From NCBI GenBank assembly GCA_043228905.1, contig JBHGNT010000011.1, positions 12,214,001-12,278,000 of the forward strand: a DNA stretch of 64,000 nucleotides, read 5' to 3'. Positions 36,740-50,377 of the stretch are shown one piece after another (the first letter of the stretch is position 1; every line of letters begins with the position of its first letter). Origin of the DNA: Azolla caroliniana. Its lineage: Eukaryota > Plantae > Polypodiophyta. Made by a program: the position numbers and the translations under genes. Under the pieces are notes generated by a model. It was not told the origin of the DNA and searched no databases. It saw only the letters and a list, made by a program, of their open reading frames with translations.

Positions 36740-37340
36740 GCAATGTCTCGAGTAATGCTTAATGGGGGAATTACATCAAATATCACCCTCACGAGATCTG
36801 TTTGTCAAGGTGGTTGTTCACTAATGTTACTCATCCTTGTTAGTGATGCTATCAAGGCTTGCAACAAATGGTGACATTGTGGGTCTACACCTTCCATCTA
36901 GAGGGCAATCGGTAGCATAGACTTTAGTAAATGATACTTTCATGTTTCTACAAGCCTCCGAGCGAATCTTGAGAAGGGAATGCTTGTGTGGAACCAATGG
37001 ATTCCAGATTAGATAGTAATCGGAGGAAGTCTAGTCTTATATCATGTATTGAAAGGGATTTGGAATGTTCAAGATGGCAATGATCTGTGCTTAGGAAAGG
37101 CTCTATTTTTTGAGATTTGGGGTATCCATTAGAAATGAATGTTACAAATGGTCAATTGATGGAATGGATGTTAGTAAGTTAAGGGATAAGTTCATGTATT
37201 GGAAGTCACAAGCTTGTCCATTTAATGTATGCCTGAAGGTTGTACAATGTATTATGGAACCCATGATATTATATTACTTGCTGTTGTTGCCATGGACAAA
37301 GAAGACTTTGCATGTTGTTTTGTAACTTCTTCGATATTTG
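36740..37340 (+). mobile_element. Degraded LINE reverse-transcriptase remnant
   Basis: SRVMLNG...LTRSVCQGGCS (RQGCPLS-like), GLHLP...LVNDTFMF (FADD-like), and KLRDKFMYWK. Confidence 0.6.
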
Positions 37341-38017
37341 TTATGATGACTCGTAGATTTTCATTATTACAAGACATGTGTTCAGACTCACAACCATGGA
37401 TATCTATTGTTCAATATTTCATTGAGAACAAGGATTAAGGCTTTATGGTGGCAATTACTAAACGAATGTATTCACTTAAGATTCTTAGCTCTTCATGTGT
37501 TCCCTACTTCTTGTAAAATTTGGAGTTACATTTCTAAAATTTGGCAAGTTTTATCACAGTGTTATTTGGCGCTTAGATAGTGGGTGTTGGCACAATTTAC
37601 ATAGGTTAACCCAAAATTAGAGATGGAGATCATTTTCCTATTTCTATGCTATTGGGGATTGCATAATCATTGCCACTTGTAGCAAATGTCTTCATTTGGA
37701 GAATTTTGATTGGGGGTTTGCCTTTGGGATTAGCAGCAATGTGGATTCACAACAGACAATTACTTCTTTTGCATTGTTCAAATGGAAAATAGTACTCATC
37801 GTTTTATACAATGTCCAATTGCTTGTCAAATTTGACAAGTTTTATGAAGGTGTTATTTGGCACTTAGATAATAGTGGGCATTTGCACAATTTACATATGT
37901 TGACCCAAAATCAGAGATGGAAATCATTTTCCTATTTCTAAGGTATTGGGGATAATTTGCATAATAATTTGGATTTGCGCAATATTCTTGTATTTGTTGG
38001 TAGTCATGGATTTTACA

Positions 38018-40356
38018 TTATCCTCCCTCTAAGGCCGCCTCCCAAGACCCGCGGCCGGTTTTTGTGGGTAACATTAATGAAAAGCTTGAATGGCCTCTAG
38101 AGCATTTTGTAAATGTGTAACCGATTCCCACGTGGCATCGGAAATGGGCCGCCTCCCAAGACCCGCGGCCAGTTTCTATGGGTAACGTTGATGAAAAGCT
38201 CGAACGGCCTCTAGAGCATTTTGCAAATGTGTAACCGGTTCCCACGTGGCATCCAAAATAAGGTAACCTTTCCATAAGAACAAATATTGAAGGTGTTGAC
38301 GACGCAAGCGGGAGTCGAGGATTTGGTCAACCTCGTACTCCTCCCTTGTCAATAATTCCACGGGTGGCGGTGGAGGAGGTTGTCATCTCAGAATTTGAGA
38401 AGGATGGTAGAGTTTGAGGGGAGAGAAGTGGAAAAGACATTGTGAATCCTGAATGTTGGGGGAAGCACTAACTGGAAGGTGGCTGGGTTGATTCGCTCAA
38501 TATACAGAAGGGGCCTAGCTTTTTGTAGTCTAGCTTCGCACAAGGATGGGTGGTAGCGATGTGGTGACGTAGTAGCCAAACCATGTCACCGACTGCAAAG
38601 CGATGACCGTCAACATATCGTTATACTCTTTGCTAGTGACATGGAGCTTGAGGGAGAGGTCACGATGGACATCTTGTAAAGTGCGGTCACGCATTTGTGC
38701 TGACGGATTGAAGGAAATTGCATGAATGGAAATGCTGAAACGAGGGTGGAACTCATAGTTTGCAAAGAATGGGGAAACCTTAGTTGACACATGGATACTA
38801 TTATTGTAGGAAAATTCTGCCATGGCAAGGAAGTCCACCCAATCCTCTTGTTGGTAGTTGATTGTACACTAGAGGTATTGTTTGAGGATTTGGTTGACTC
38901 TTTCGGTTTGGCCATCAGTTTGAGGGTGGTACGTTGTTGACAAGTTCATAAAAGTCTCGAATGTCTGCAGAAGTCATTGTTAGAAGTGGGAGATAAGTTG
39001 AGGATCTCACTCGGAGGTGACATCCTTGGGTAAGTCGTGTAGTCAAACAACATTTTTAAGAAAAAGGTCCGTTGTCTGCTCCCCCGAAATGGTTTTGGAA
39101 CATGGGACAAAGTGAGCCATTTTCAAAAACTGATCAACAATCACGAGGGAGGTTAGTTATAAAGTCCATGGAGAGAGAGGCCCAGGGTCGACTCGGAATT
39201 GGAAGTGGGTGGAGAGGGCTGTATGGACGATGGTGAGCCGCTTTGGAGTAGGCACACATCCCACATGCCTTGCTAAATTCTTTGACAAATTTCCAAGGTT
39301 GGAGTCACCAAAACCCCCAAGATAGCAACTCCAATGTTTTCGTGACCCCAAAGTGGCCTATAAGAGGATTATCGTGGCATTTTTCCACATAAAATACTGT
39401 GTACTGTGTGTTTTACTGTTTTGTTTCATATCTTTATTTTAGTCTATCTTTCGTGTCCATTCGCGGTCCATTTCTCTTCAGATTCGACTATCGGATAGAA
39501 AGGAAATCGCATGAATGGAAATGTTGAAACGAGGGTGGAACCCATTGTTGGCAAAGAATGGGGAAACCTTAGTTGACACATGGATACTATTATTGTAGGA
39601 AAATTCCGCCATGGCAAGGAAGTCCACCCAATCCTCTTGTTGGTAGTTGATTGTACACCAGAGGTATTGTTCGAGGATTTGGTTGACTCTTTCGGTTTGG
39701 CCATCAGTTTGAGGGTGGTACGTTGTTGACAAGTTCATAAAAGTCCCGAATGTCTACAGAAGTCATCGTCAGAAGTTCATAAAAGTCCCGAAACATGGGA
39801 CAAAGTGAGCCATCTTTGAAAACTGATTGACAATTACGAGGGAGGTTGGTTATAAAGTCCATGGAGAGAGAGGCCCAGGGTCGACTTGGAATTGGAAGTG
39901 GGTGGAGAGGGTTGTATGGATGATGGTGAGCTGCTTTGGAGTAGGCACACACGTCACACGTCTTGCGAAATTCTTTGACAAATTTCCAAGGTTGGGGCCA
40001 CCAAAAGCCCCGAGATAGCAACTTCAATGCTTTGGAGTAGGCACACACGTCACACTTCTTGCGAAATTCTTTGACAAATTTCCAAGGTTGGGGCCACCAA
40101 AAGCCCCGAGATAGCAACTTCAATGTTTTCGTGACCCCAAAGAGAGGCCCAAGGTCGACTTGGAATTGGAAGTGGGTGGAGAGGGTTGTATGGACGATGG
40201 TGAGCTGCTTTGGAGTAGGCACACACGTCACACGTCTTGCGAAATTCTTTGACAAATTTCCAAGGTTGGGGCCACCAAAAGCCCCGAGATAGCAACTCCA
40301 ATGTTTTCGTGACCCCAAAGTGGCCTATAAGAGGATTATCGTGGCCTTTTTCCACG
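38018..40356 (-). mobile_element. Rearranged Ty3/gypsy chromovirus 3' region (integrase plus chromodomain) with internal duplications
   Basis: [63 protein letters not shown], and chromodomain EYEVDQILDSR..QYL..WKGY..DATWEP. Confidence 0.88.
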
Positions 40357-40524
40357 TAAAATACTGTGTACTGTGTGTTTTACTGTTTTGTTTCATATCT
40401 TTATTTTAGTCTATCTTTCGTGTCCATTCGCTGTCCATTTCTCTTCAGATTCAACTATCGGATAGAGACTCTCCTTCGCAAGATAAGGAGATAGAGCTCA
40501 ATAGAAAACTATCCAACACATTGT

Positions 40525-40625
40525 CCGTAGGAAGTATCATGTACGTGATGGTGGCGAACCGACCTTACCTTGCCTATGATCTAGGGGTCGTTAGCTGATA
40601 CATGTCAAACCCAGGACGGAAGCAT
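40525..40625 (+). mobile_element. Short copia RT fragment
   Basis: VGSIMYVMVANRPYLAYDLGVVS*YMSNPGRKH. Confidence 0.6.
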
Positions 40626-40659
40626 AGTACTTAGAGGGACAATGGGTACAATGAATGTA

Positions 40660-42890
40660 CTTTCGGTCCTTGAGCAAGCAGGAGGTTCCCTTTGTGGAGC
40701 ATCTTCCCTCCTGATGAGAAGCCAACACGAATGTCGTCTTCATCAAGTTCTCTGACTGAGATCAATGGTCTTGAGAACTCAGGTACATGTCAAACATTGT
40801 GTAGTACCAATGTAGAGCCACCCGAAAGGTTGAGCTCTATTGTGCCGATTCCAATGATAGCGCAATGTTGCGAATTTCCGACTCGAACTGAGTCGGAATA
40901 TCAGGGCGAATATCATTGAAATTGTGATCTGTGAGGGGTCACATGATAAGACACACCCAAATCCAAGAGCCATGTGCTAGATTCCTCAGTCGTGAGTAGA
41001 ACTTCTGATTCAACTGGGTTTTCAATGGATAGTATGTTCCGATCGCTCGACAATACTTCGGCTGAAGAGACGATGTAATTGACCTCCTCATGCCGGTCAC
41101 TCTTCTGATCCGCTCATTGAGCTTTGTTCGTTCTTGGCTTTGAGTGTGCGACAATCGTCTTTGATGTGTTCGGGTTTCTTGCAATAATTACAGACTCGAT
41201 TGTCCCGAGATTTGCTCTAACTTTGCTGATTGTTTGGCTATCGGAAAGAACTTCTTCCTCGATTGTTTGATCAATTAGTCAAACCTTGTACTACATAAGC
41301 ATCATTGGGCGAATCGTTTGCAAACGATTTCCTCCGAGCTGCTTCAGTCAGAATTGCACTCGTGACTAAGGAGTATTTGACGGCAACAGTCGACGCGTTG
41401 CACACAGTAGTGACGAAAGTTTCCCACGAAGAGGGGAGCTTGCTCATAAGCAACATTGCTCTCAGTTCATCTTTGATCGTCGTCCCCTGGGCCGCAATTT
41501 GGGAACTTAAGCTTTCGTACTCATTTAGATGTGCTTGGACCGAGTCAGATTCTTTCATCCGAAGGTTGTAGAGGCGCCAAATCAAATCTATCTTTGTGTT
41601 GGTGATCTTCTTTTCATAAGTGTTTGAAAGTGTCTTCCATAGTTGGAAGGCAATCGAACATGATTGCACCGTGAAGTACACGAACTCCGATAGGTGCATC
41701 TGAATTGTGGCACAGACGATTCTGTCCAGCTTTTGTCACTCAATTGGCTTGTTTCCTTCTAGAGGGTTTTCGTTCTCCATTGGGTAGATTTGACCCTTGA
41801 CTATTAGATAGTCCTGCAACTGCTCCTTCCAGAAGTTGAAGTTCGATCCGTTGAATTTCCTTAGACTCATCTCTGACGAGCCGGATATTGATGCCATATG
41901 TGTTAGTTTATTGGACTTTGTCCGGAGTTGACTACGAACAGTGGTGGAGTGCAGGCGATTGGCTCACCCGATATCGTTCTTAGTCGGATTTGGACACAGG
42001 TCGAATCGACTTCGACTATTGGCGAGTTCTGTTTGAAGTGACTACAGTCAATTGACTTAGTCCAATTGAACCCAACTTTGTCGATTTAATTTCGGAAGTC
42101 GATTTTAGGATGCCGATCACAAATTATGTGTCGTTTTTCCAGGCCAATCTTGCTTCAAGTGACTATGACAATAGGAGGGACACATCCAACTGGGCTTCCC
42201 GAGTGTTGTTTAGCCAAGTGAGGCACGGATAGGGGTTGTTCCTGGAACAAGATCTGCTTTGAGTGATTACGACAAGCAAATAGATTGTGTCTAACCTGGT
42301 AAAGCACAATCTCGAGGGCCGATTTGATGGAGATTCCTCTTCGAGAGGCTGCAATCACGGAAGCAAGATACAACCAGTTGGCTTACCTCGAGAGTGATCT
42401 AGCTCGGTGAAGTGCAAATCTCTTGTTTTCTTTCTCTCCTCTATATGAGATCTCAAACTCAAGTTCTTCAAAGGAGATGAAGCAAAAATGTTGTTGAAAA
42501 CTGACGACAACTGGTAGCGAGTTGAAGAACCTCAACTCTGATACCAAATGTTGGCGATTGAGGCCATCAGCGCGGAAGCATAAACAACACTTCGTTAAGA
42601 AGATACCCGAGTGCACAAGATGAAGGCAATATCAAAAAACAGAATGAGAGGGAGAGGGAGAGAACGAGACGAGAAGGCACACAATAACTGTATTATTCAA
42701 GCTCTCTCAACAATGGTAACAAAAACCTCAACGACTAGATTACAAAGCCCATTATATACTAAATGAACTAGGGCAACTGCCCTTTGACATATTTACATAA
42801 TTGTCCTAAATCTAGTTGGTCGAAGATACAATGTTGAATACGGCGACACTTTGGTCCAATCAAATCCTTAAAATGAGAAATACATCAATA
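40660..42890 (-). mobile_element. Truncated Ty1/copia element (5' LTR, PBS, degenerate gag-protease)
   Basis: PBS TGGTATCAGAG at 42546-42536 next to the LTR terminus at 42549. Gag from about 41897 reads KFNGSNFNFWK..., LWKTLSNTYEK, LLMSKLPSSWETFV and CNYCKKPEHIKDDC. The outer LTR end is approximate. Confidence 0.8.
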
Positions 42891-43949
42891 ACCTAGATTG
42901 GGTCCACAATAATCTCATCTCCTATCTTAACTTGTACCACATGTGAAGGAGCATATGATGGTCTTAATCCTTGAAGAAACGTATGCGGTTTTGATTGATT
43001 ATATATAAAACCCTATTGTAAGTTTTGTTACATAAGAATGTGGTAAGCCATATAAAAATAACCTCCAAGCTAATAATAAAATCTATCACACACACATGTA
43101 ATATAACAATGAAATGATATAACAAGTGGAAGTTGTAAATCAATTGTTGAGAGATCAAGCTCAACTTAGTTTAGTTAGTTAGTCAACCATGTAACTTCAT
43201 AGTTACCTAGATAGAATCTAGTTAGAAGTGTTGCCTATAACGACTTAAATAGGACCTTGTACTTAAGTAGGATATTCTACATCCTCCACTCCCAAGGTCA
43301 TTTAATATTGGACTTACACGGTTGTACCTATATTCTCTTCACACATGTGCACCCTTGCACATGAAATCTATATATACCTCATTGTAGGTATTTTTGTATT
43401 TTGATGATGATAATGCTAATTTAATATACTTAATCATCCCCCATCTTGTGTTGTATCTCTCTCTCTCTCTTCCTCTCTCACACATACACACATACACACA
43501 CATATCACTTAATCTTTCGCTTATCAACGAATCACATAATTAGGTACTAATTAATCCTTGCTTAATTACTTACCTAATTCTTAACATCAATAAAGTTTAG
43601 CAACTTTGGGTTTGGAAGATTCATGTGAAAAACATTCCAACGTGGAAAGGTTATTACTTATTAATGCCCCTAGTTGTAGATGGTGTTCTGATGTAAGATA
43701 AGGTTTCATTTTTAAAATCCTTTTTCATATTCTTCTAATGTTGTTCTTGCATATTCTAGAATCCACTAGAGCATGAGATTTGCCACGAATTGCATTCTAG
43801 ACCTCCATTGCACGTATTACATTGGATAATTGTTGTTGTATACTCTAAAATCCACTAGGGTATGCGCATCTCTAGAACTTTCTTTTTCGTGCATGCCTCT
43901 TCGACCTTGGATAAATATGTGTGCTCCTCTTTATTACAATCGAGATGAA

Positions 43950-44830
43950 CAACACCAGTTATGGAATTCATAATTCAAGTCATTTCCTCTCTTTCGAGAA
44001 ACTATGGGTTGATGTTCGGGCAAACAATTTGTGTTCCTTTTCTCGAATACATCAACAATGTCTTGGTATTTTGTAGTTAATGAATCAGAATGATACCCTT
44101 TGGAGATTGAGGGTGGGCAGTTGAGTCGGAAATGCCCCCTACAAACTCTCTTGTCCTCGGTTTATGAGAAGAGGTAGGTTGGCTAAAAGTGATGGAGTGG
44201 TTGCACCAATCCATTGTTAGGTTGTGTGCCTTCAACCATGGTAGATTTAGGGAAATTGGATGTTAGGGGGATGAGGTAGAATGTCAATTATTCTTGGTGG
44301 GATCCTACTTGAAGCACAGAGCAGAATCATTGCTTCTGTAATCAATGTTGAGGAAAGCATTCACTCATCCATTGCTTTGATTGGTATGGTCTTCGATAGT
44401 TCTACGATGGGGATATCGTGGGTTTGGGTGAAGACAATGTCAATGAAACACAAAGATGTTACGGAATCAAGTAAGGGTGGTGCTTGTATCAAGTTAAACC
44501 AAAATGGAGGCTTAACTCGAACACAAACCTGCATGCGGATGTAGTTGAATTGTAGGAGTAGAGTGAATCAGATCAAGGAAAGCATCCAGTTGCACGACTC
44601 CTATTGCGGCCGAATGTTGTTATGACCCCAACATTATTTTTCTTGATGGGGTTGTTGTCGAGCACCATCGCTTAGACAATGGCAAACGAGATGGTCATGG
44701 GCACCACAATAAAGATAAAGGTTATTGTCCCATCAGTTTTGTTGTTGGGCTTGATCAATCTCCATAAGGATGTGGGTTATTGGCGGAGGATGTTGAACTT
44801 GATGTAGTACGTAGAATTGACATTTATGGG
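43950..44830 (-). mobile_element. Degraded Ty3/gypsy gag-protease remnant
   Basis: Zinc-knuckle-like LYCGAHDHLVCHC, protease-like LLDSVTSLCFID, and LPWLKAHN..MDW. Confidence 0.6.
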
Positions 44831-46138
44831 CGTGTTATTAGTGTATGGGTCGCTCACTAGAACAAGTATCTCAAATATAATGAATATACAAGAACAATTA
44901 TCCAATGTAATGCTTGCGTTGGAGGTTGGGATTTTAACTTCGAGTATGACACACAATAATGAATGACATTATTTCTTGAACATTGCTATCACAAATGTTT
45001 AATATTCACAATAATGAATGGTATATTTCTTGAACATTGCCATCTCAAATGTTTGACGAATCTAATGTGTATCAATCTTGCACTTAATGATGATATTCCT
45101 TCTACATTCACATCCATGCTTGTGAAATTATATATCATAAAATACAATATTTCCTATGACTTTGAGATGTGGTCTATTTTAAATATATTGGAATCTATTT
45201 TAATGGCTTTTGGTGCGCTCTCTTCAAATAAATATATGGTTATTAGCCATTTGTGCATATTTTAAGCTACAAGGTTAGAACTTAGACATATAATGATTTA
45301 TTAACAACTCATACCTTACCTCAAACATGTTTATTGGGTTGTTTACCAAGTTGCTTGATTTTTTCGATTCTAGATTCGTGAGATGTCTAGATATTACAAT
45401 CATATCATACATGTGCTATTTCATGATCGATCATATGGTAGATGACAAGCAATTCATCTACATAGACAATTGATATAAAGTGCCTTTATATTATATATAT
45501 GTTGAAATATGTGATTCAATCATTCAACTTTATAACCTCTAAGTGTTTGCCAACCATGTTTGTAAGGAGCAACGTAGCCCCCACATTATATTCTTGTTGA
45601 TGTAACTAGCTACAAAATACGCTAGGGTATAAGAGACGATAACAACATAATGGATGGTTGGGAGCACAGACATTAGGTCACGTTGTGCATGGTGTGTTAT
45701 CGCAGTATACCAAACCAAAATTGTGGAAAAAGAGTGGGGGTTCATGCATGCCTAAAGAACTGTGATGATTTTCAATGATTCAAGCCATAGTGTGACCAAG
45801 CTCGTTGGTGTCACACCGAACCGCCAAACCGTTCAAAAACATAAAACATCTTAACAATTCGGTTCAGGCTTGAGCTGAGCCGTTGCATATTCCTATTGGT
45901 GTGGGGATCAACAACTTACTTAGGGGCATTTGAGGAAATCATGAAAATACGAAGGGCATTTCTGAGATTTTCAATTTCTTCTTTTAACTATTTGTCTCTC
46001 GGGATCACCATTTTCTCCCCCCTCCCCCCTCCCCCAAAAACAGAAACCCTAAGTATCCACAGTTACCCAAAAGGGAAACCCTACCTTAGAATAGCCCAAC
46101 AAGGGACTGCTTGTTATACAGAAAACAGAAAGCTCACC

Positions 46139-49129
46139 ATGGCAGCTGTAGTAACCACCTCGTGGGTTCTCTTGATTCATTCTTCTTCTTCTTCTACATA
46201 ATTTCAATTTACATCATTGTGTTTTGTAAATCTCTCTACAAAATGCATGTTTTTTTCATGCCATAGATCTGAGGCTGATGCTCTTCCGCTCACTGTCTCC
46301 GTGGAAATTGCTCATCAGCTGCTCCAAGAAGGATTCCGATACCTAGATGTGAGGTACATAATATCTCACTTAAAAAACCTCCACTTCATTCATTTCAATG
46401 CTCGAGAGTGAGATATGTATTCATTACGGGAGAGAAAAGGTGATGATCATGATGATATTTGAACGTCTTGGGACACCAGAAATATGTCGCTTCTATGCTT
46501 AAGTAGAGAGCATATTTATGTTCTTGGATCATCGATCTCATGATTAGGGAAGATTCCACCTCATGATTAGGGAAGATTCCACCGATACCCTTTGCCCTAG
46601 AGGGTTCTCTCCCAGTTGCATTTCTTATTTCAGTATCATGATTATGTAATACAGAGGAGGTTCATTGCTGTTCTTGCTTCAAATGGTATGGGTGATTAGA
46701 AGATGTAGTTGAATCCTAACACATTGGGTTCATGCGAGTGTGGTAGTGTTTTTGGTGTGCTCTTTTGGAACTTCCTCGTCCCAATTGGCTTTGACTGCAT
46801 CAATAAGCCTTGATTGGATGTTTCTTTGTGAACATTATCATCGGTGTGTAGCTCAAGTTGTGGCATTCCATCTCTTAAACCTTGCCGGCTAGAAGACAAT
46901 TTTTTTCTTTCATTTGTCTTCTGTGTTTTGCTGTGAGCACCCCATGTTTGGATTGATGGATAATGAGCTTCCATATATTTAATTTAGCCACATACTTGTG
47001 CCACATCCAGTCAAAGTACACCGGTTACACATCTGGATTTCCTCGAATGGATCTTGATTATGTTCTGCCATTGTGGCCCTTGTGCCTTGTATCTTGGTAC
47101 TTGGGAGTCTCCATTGTCCGGCAATCCGCTGCTTGTCCAATGGTGACTCGGCACGTTGTCAAGGAAGGTGTGGATCTATGAGGAAGTCAGTGATGTATAG
47201 ATTGCCTCTCTGTCCCATTTTCTAATATTATTGTGGAACAGTGCTACATGTTTGTGTATGAAATGGGTGTGCAACCAGAATATGTATTATGTATGCCCAC
47301 TATGCATCATCCTATCTTAAGTCCAATAATATCAAAGTAACTAACAAGCTAGTCTCTATTGGCTAACTATCATTGTTTGGGAGTCCAAGAAGATCAAAGT
47401 ACTTAAGATATTGATTTCTATAAATGAACTTGGCCTCATTGTATCTTTAGTGGGAGTCCATTAAGAACAAGGTAAACTAACAAATGATTCAGAACTAACA
47501 CAGTATTTGAGACCCACACCTGAACGCAATCTTATTTGACATATGTGCTTCGTCCTCCACACAGTATTCTAAACTTTCATCACAAAATTTCATGCATACA
47601 CCAGATCGAGTATATCTCATACATACAATTTTGCTTACTGTTAATATGCCATTCAGAGAGATTGTGTAATAATTTCTGGACAATTATGGTTAATCAGGCC
47701 TATGCCTTGGTAGAAATCAAGAAAGATGGAGTACAAGATTATTTTTTATCGTCATCCTCACATTTTGATAAATTGTTAATTTGTACTTCAGAGCATATGA
47801 TCTACTAAGAAATGAAGATTCATCCAAAATATATTGGTCTTAGCATACAATCACTCTTAACGCTTTCCACAGCTATCATACACCATTTTAACAATTTTGT
47901 CACCCTCCTGATTCGATATATCACAAATGCGAGTTAATAAATGTAGAATTCTCTTTGAATTATGAACTCTACTTGCATTTCTGATCAATTGAATTCTACT
48001 TGCATGTCATGCCAGCATGTATACATCATTTTATATGATTATTCATGGAAAAGTAGTGTCTTTGCCTAAGAAAGTTATGTTACAGCCATTACATTCTTCC
48101 AAAGAATATGAGCTAAAAATAAACCTCTTCAAATAATTACCTATATCTTAATTTAAAGGCTCACAAATGACTAGCAAATAAACAAGTCTATTTAGATCTT
48201 GATATAACATTTACATGTACATAAATCTACTTATATGGTAAAGTAGAAACTCTCAAATATTAGAAATCTACTTTTAACTTTATATAAAGACTCACTAGTA
48301 TACAAATCTATGTTTTCAGAACACAAGAAGAATACTCTGGAGGCCATGTAGAGGGGGCTGTTAATATTCCCTATATGCTTAAAGGGGAAACTGGTAGAAT
48401 TGCTAATTGTATTAATATTTTATGCTTAAATGAGTTGATTTAAAACTCAATTCTTTTATTTAGTTTGTTTTCCTCATCCTTGATTTAAAACTCAATTCTT
48501 TTATTTAGTTTGTTTTCCTCATCTTTTATGTCCGTCATATCAATTTGGTGGATCCTTGTACCATATAGGTATGGTTAAAAACTCAGCATTTCTGGAGGAT
48601 GTTTCAAAGAAGTTTACTACTGATGAAAAAATTATTGTGGTAAGTACTTTCTCTTTGTTTAAAGTTAGGCAGAGATGTAAGGACTAGAGGCTTGTTTGCA
48701 GTGTGTAGAATTTATTCTAACCTTCCATTCTAATTCCTTATTTCGTGTCTTCAGGGATGCCAAAGTGGTAGGAGATCATTGTTGGCTGCAACAGAATTGG
48801 TTTCCATGGTATATTAGTTTTAACATATATGTATATGTGTATACTGTATGCTGTATGTGTGTATACTGTGTGAGAGTATGTATGTTGTGAATGCATGTAT
48901 GTATAGACATATGTCTCTGCATACATATTGTTTACCCATACATATAAACATGTATACATATAATAGGAGTCAATAAAATGAAAGGATTTTTCAAACTTAC
49001 GAAAGCTTTCAAAACAAAATTTCTCAATAAAATGATTGTATTACATACCAGAACTTCCATGGTGTCAAAGACATGGCAGGTGGATTGATTGCGTGGACTC
49101 AAAATGGTTATGTGACCTCTTCATTGTGA
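46139..49129 (+). CDS. Single-domain rhodanese/sulfurtransferase (STR16/STR18/HAC1-like), copy 2, 6 exons
   Basis: Exons 46139-46161, 46267-46353, 48320-48393, 48569-48639, 48755-48808 and 49052-49129, with the same intron phases as copy 1. Motifs: YLDVRTQEEYSGGHVEGAVNIPY, IVGCQSGRRS, VKDMAGGLIAW. Confidence 0.9.
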
Positions 49130-50338
49130 ATGAGAAGCATAAAAGTGTCCTTTGTGGGAATTTACACAACGCAAAGATGGTGATGTAAGTAATTGTTTGT
49201 ACAATAAGGAGATGCAAAGCCAATACAAGATTGATACATTTGTATGCTTTGATGAATGGAGCTTTTACTTGTCATTGTTGCTTTTATTACAATAATATGA
49301 AATAAGAAGTTACACATTTCAATACGATATCGAAAACATTTGTATGCTTTGATGAATGAAGCTTTTCCTTGGCATTATGCTTAGAACAGAATTTGATTAG
49401 GATTCATGAATGTGTGTTCTGACCCCACAAATATGTGAAACATTTTTTGAACTAGCTAGCATTTATTTACATGTAATAATAGAAATTCACATCATGCTTA
49501 TTTCATTTTGTTTAGAAAATCAATTTCTTTAACAGGAAGTAATATGTAATGATTCACTGAAGTGAATGTGAGGCACTTTGTAGACTATATGTTCACTTGT
49601 CTAATAATTTCCAAAATCTTGTGAAAAGAAAAGTGGATCATATAGGTTTTGAGCTAGCTATGCTGCAATAACACCTTTTATGTAATACGAAATATATGCA
49701 ACAAGTAATATTTGTTATCGTCTCTTGTCATATAGGTCTTTGTGATCATGGTTTGTCTCATAGGTCTTTGTGATCATGGTTTGTCTCATAGGTCTTTGGT
49801 AGATGCTAATATATCTTTCTCCTCTCTTTTCCTGTAAATAATAGCTTTCATTATGAAAGAGAAACACCACCATGACCAACTTACATTGGATTTTGGATAC
49901 ATATTGCCAATACTAATTGACAACAAAGTTTGGATTTGTCAAGGATCCAAATACTAAGAACATTCTCTGAACATTCAAATGCTGAACATGATTTCTTTTC
50001 ACATTACATAACTATTGTTCTTAATGTGATAGAATCCTCAGACTTTTTCAAAAATGAAAATTGCCATAAAAGAAATCCTTGTAACCTCACACCCTACTTC
50101 CACACACAACTCTTGAATTGAAAGTAAAGGCATTTCTCATATGCTAGTTGAAACATAGCCCCCAAAACCTTAAATAACCCAAAATAATTGTGCAACGTAT
50201 TTTTTTTTGTAATTAGTTTACGATAGTGGTAAGTAGTTAAACCTCTAGTCTTAGGTCTTTTGTTAGAGACACACCTCTCTATTGCTTCACATACATAATG
50301 TGGAATATAATAGTTGAATGCATGAGCTTTCTGGTATG

Positions 50339-50377
<39 letters not shown>

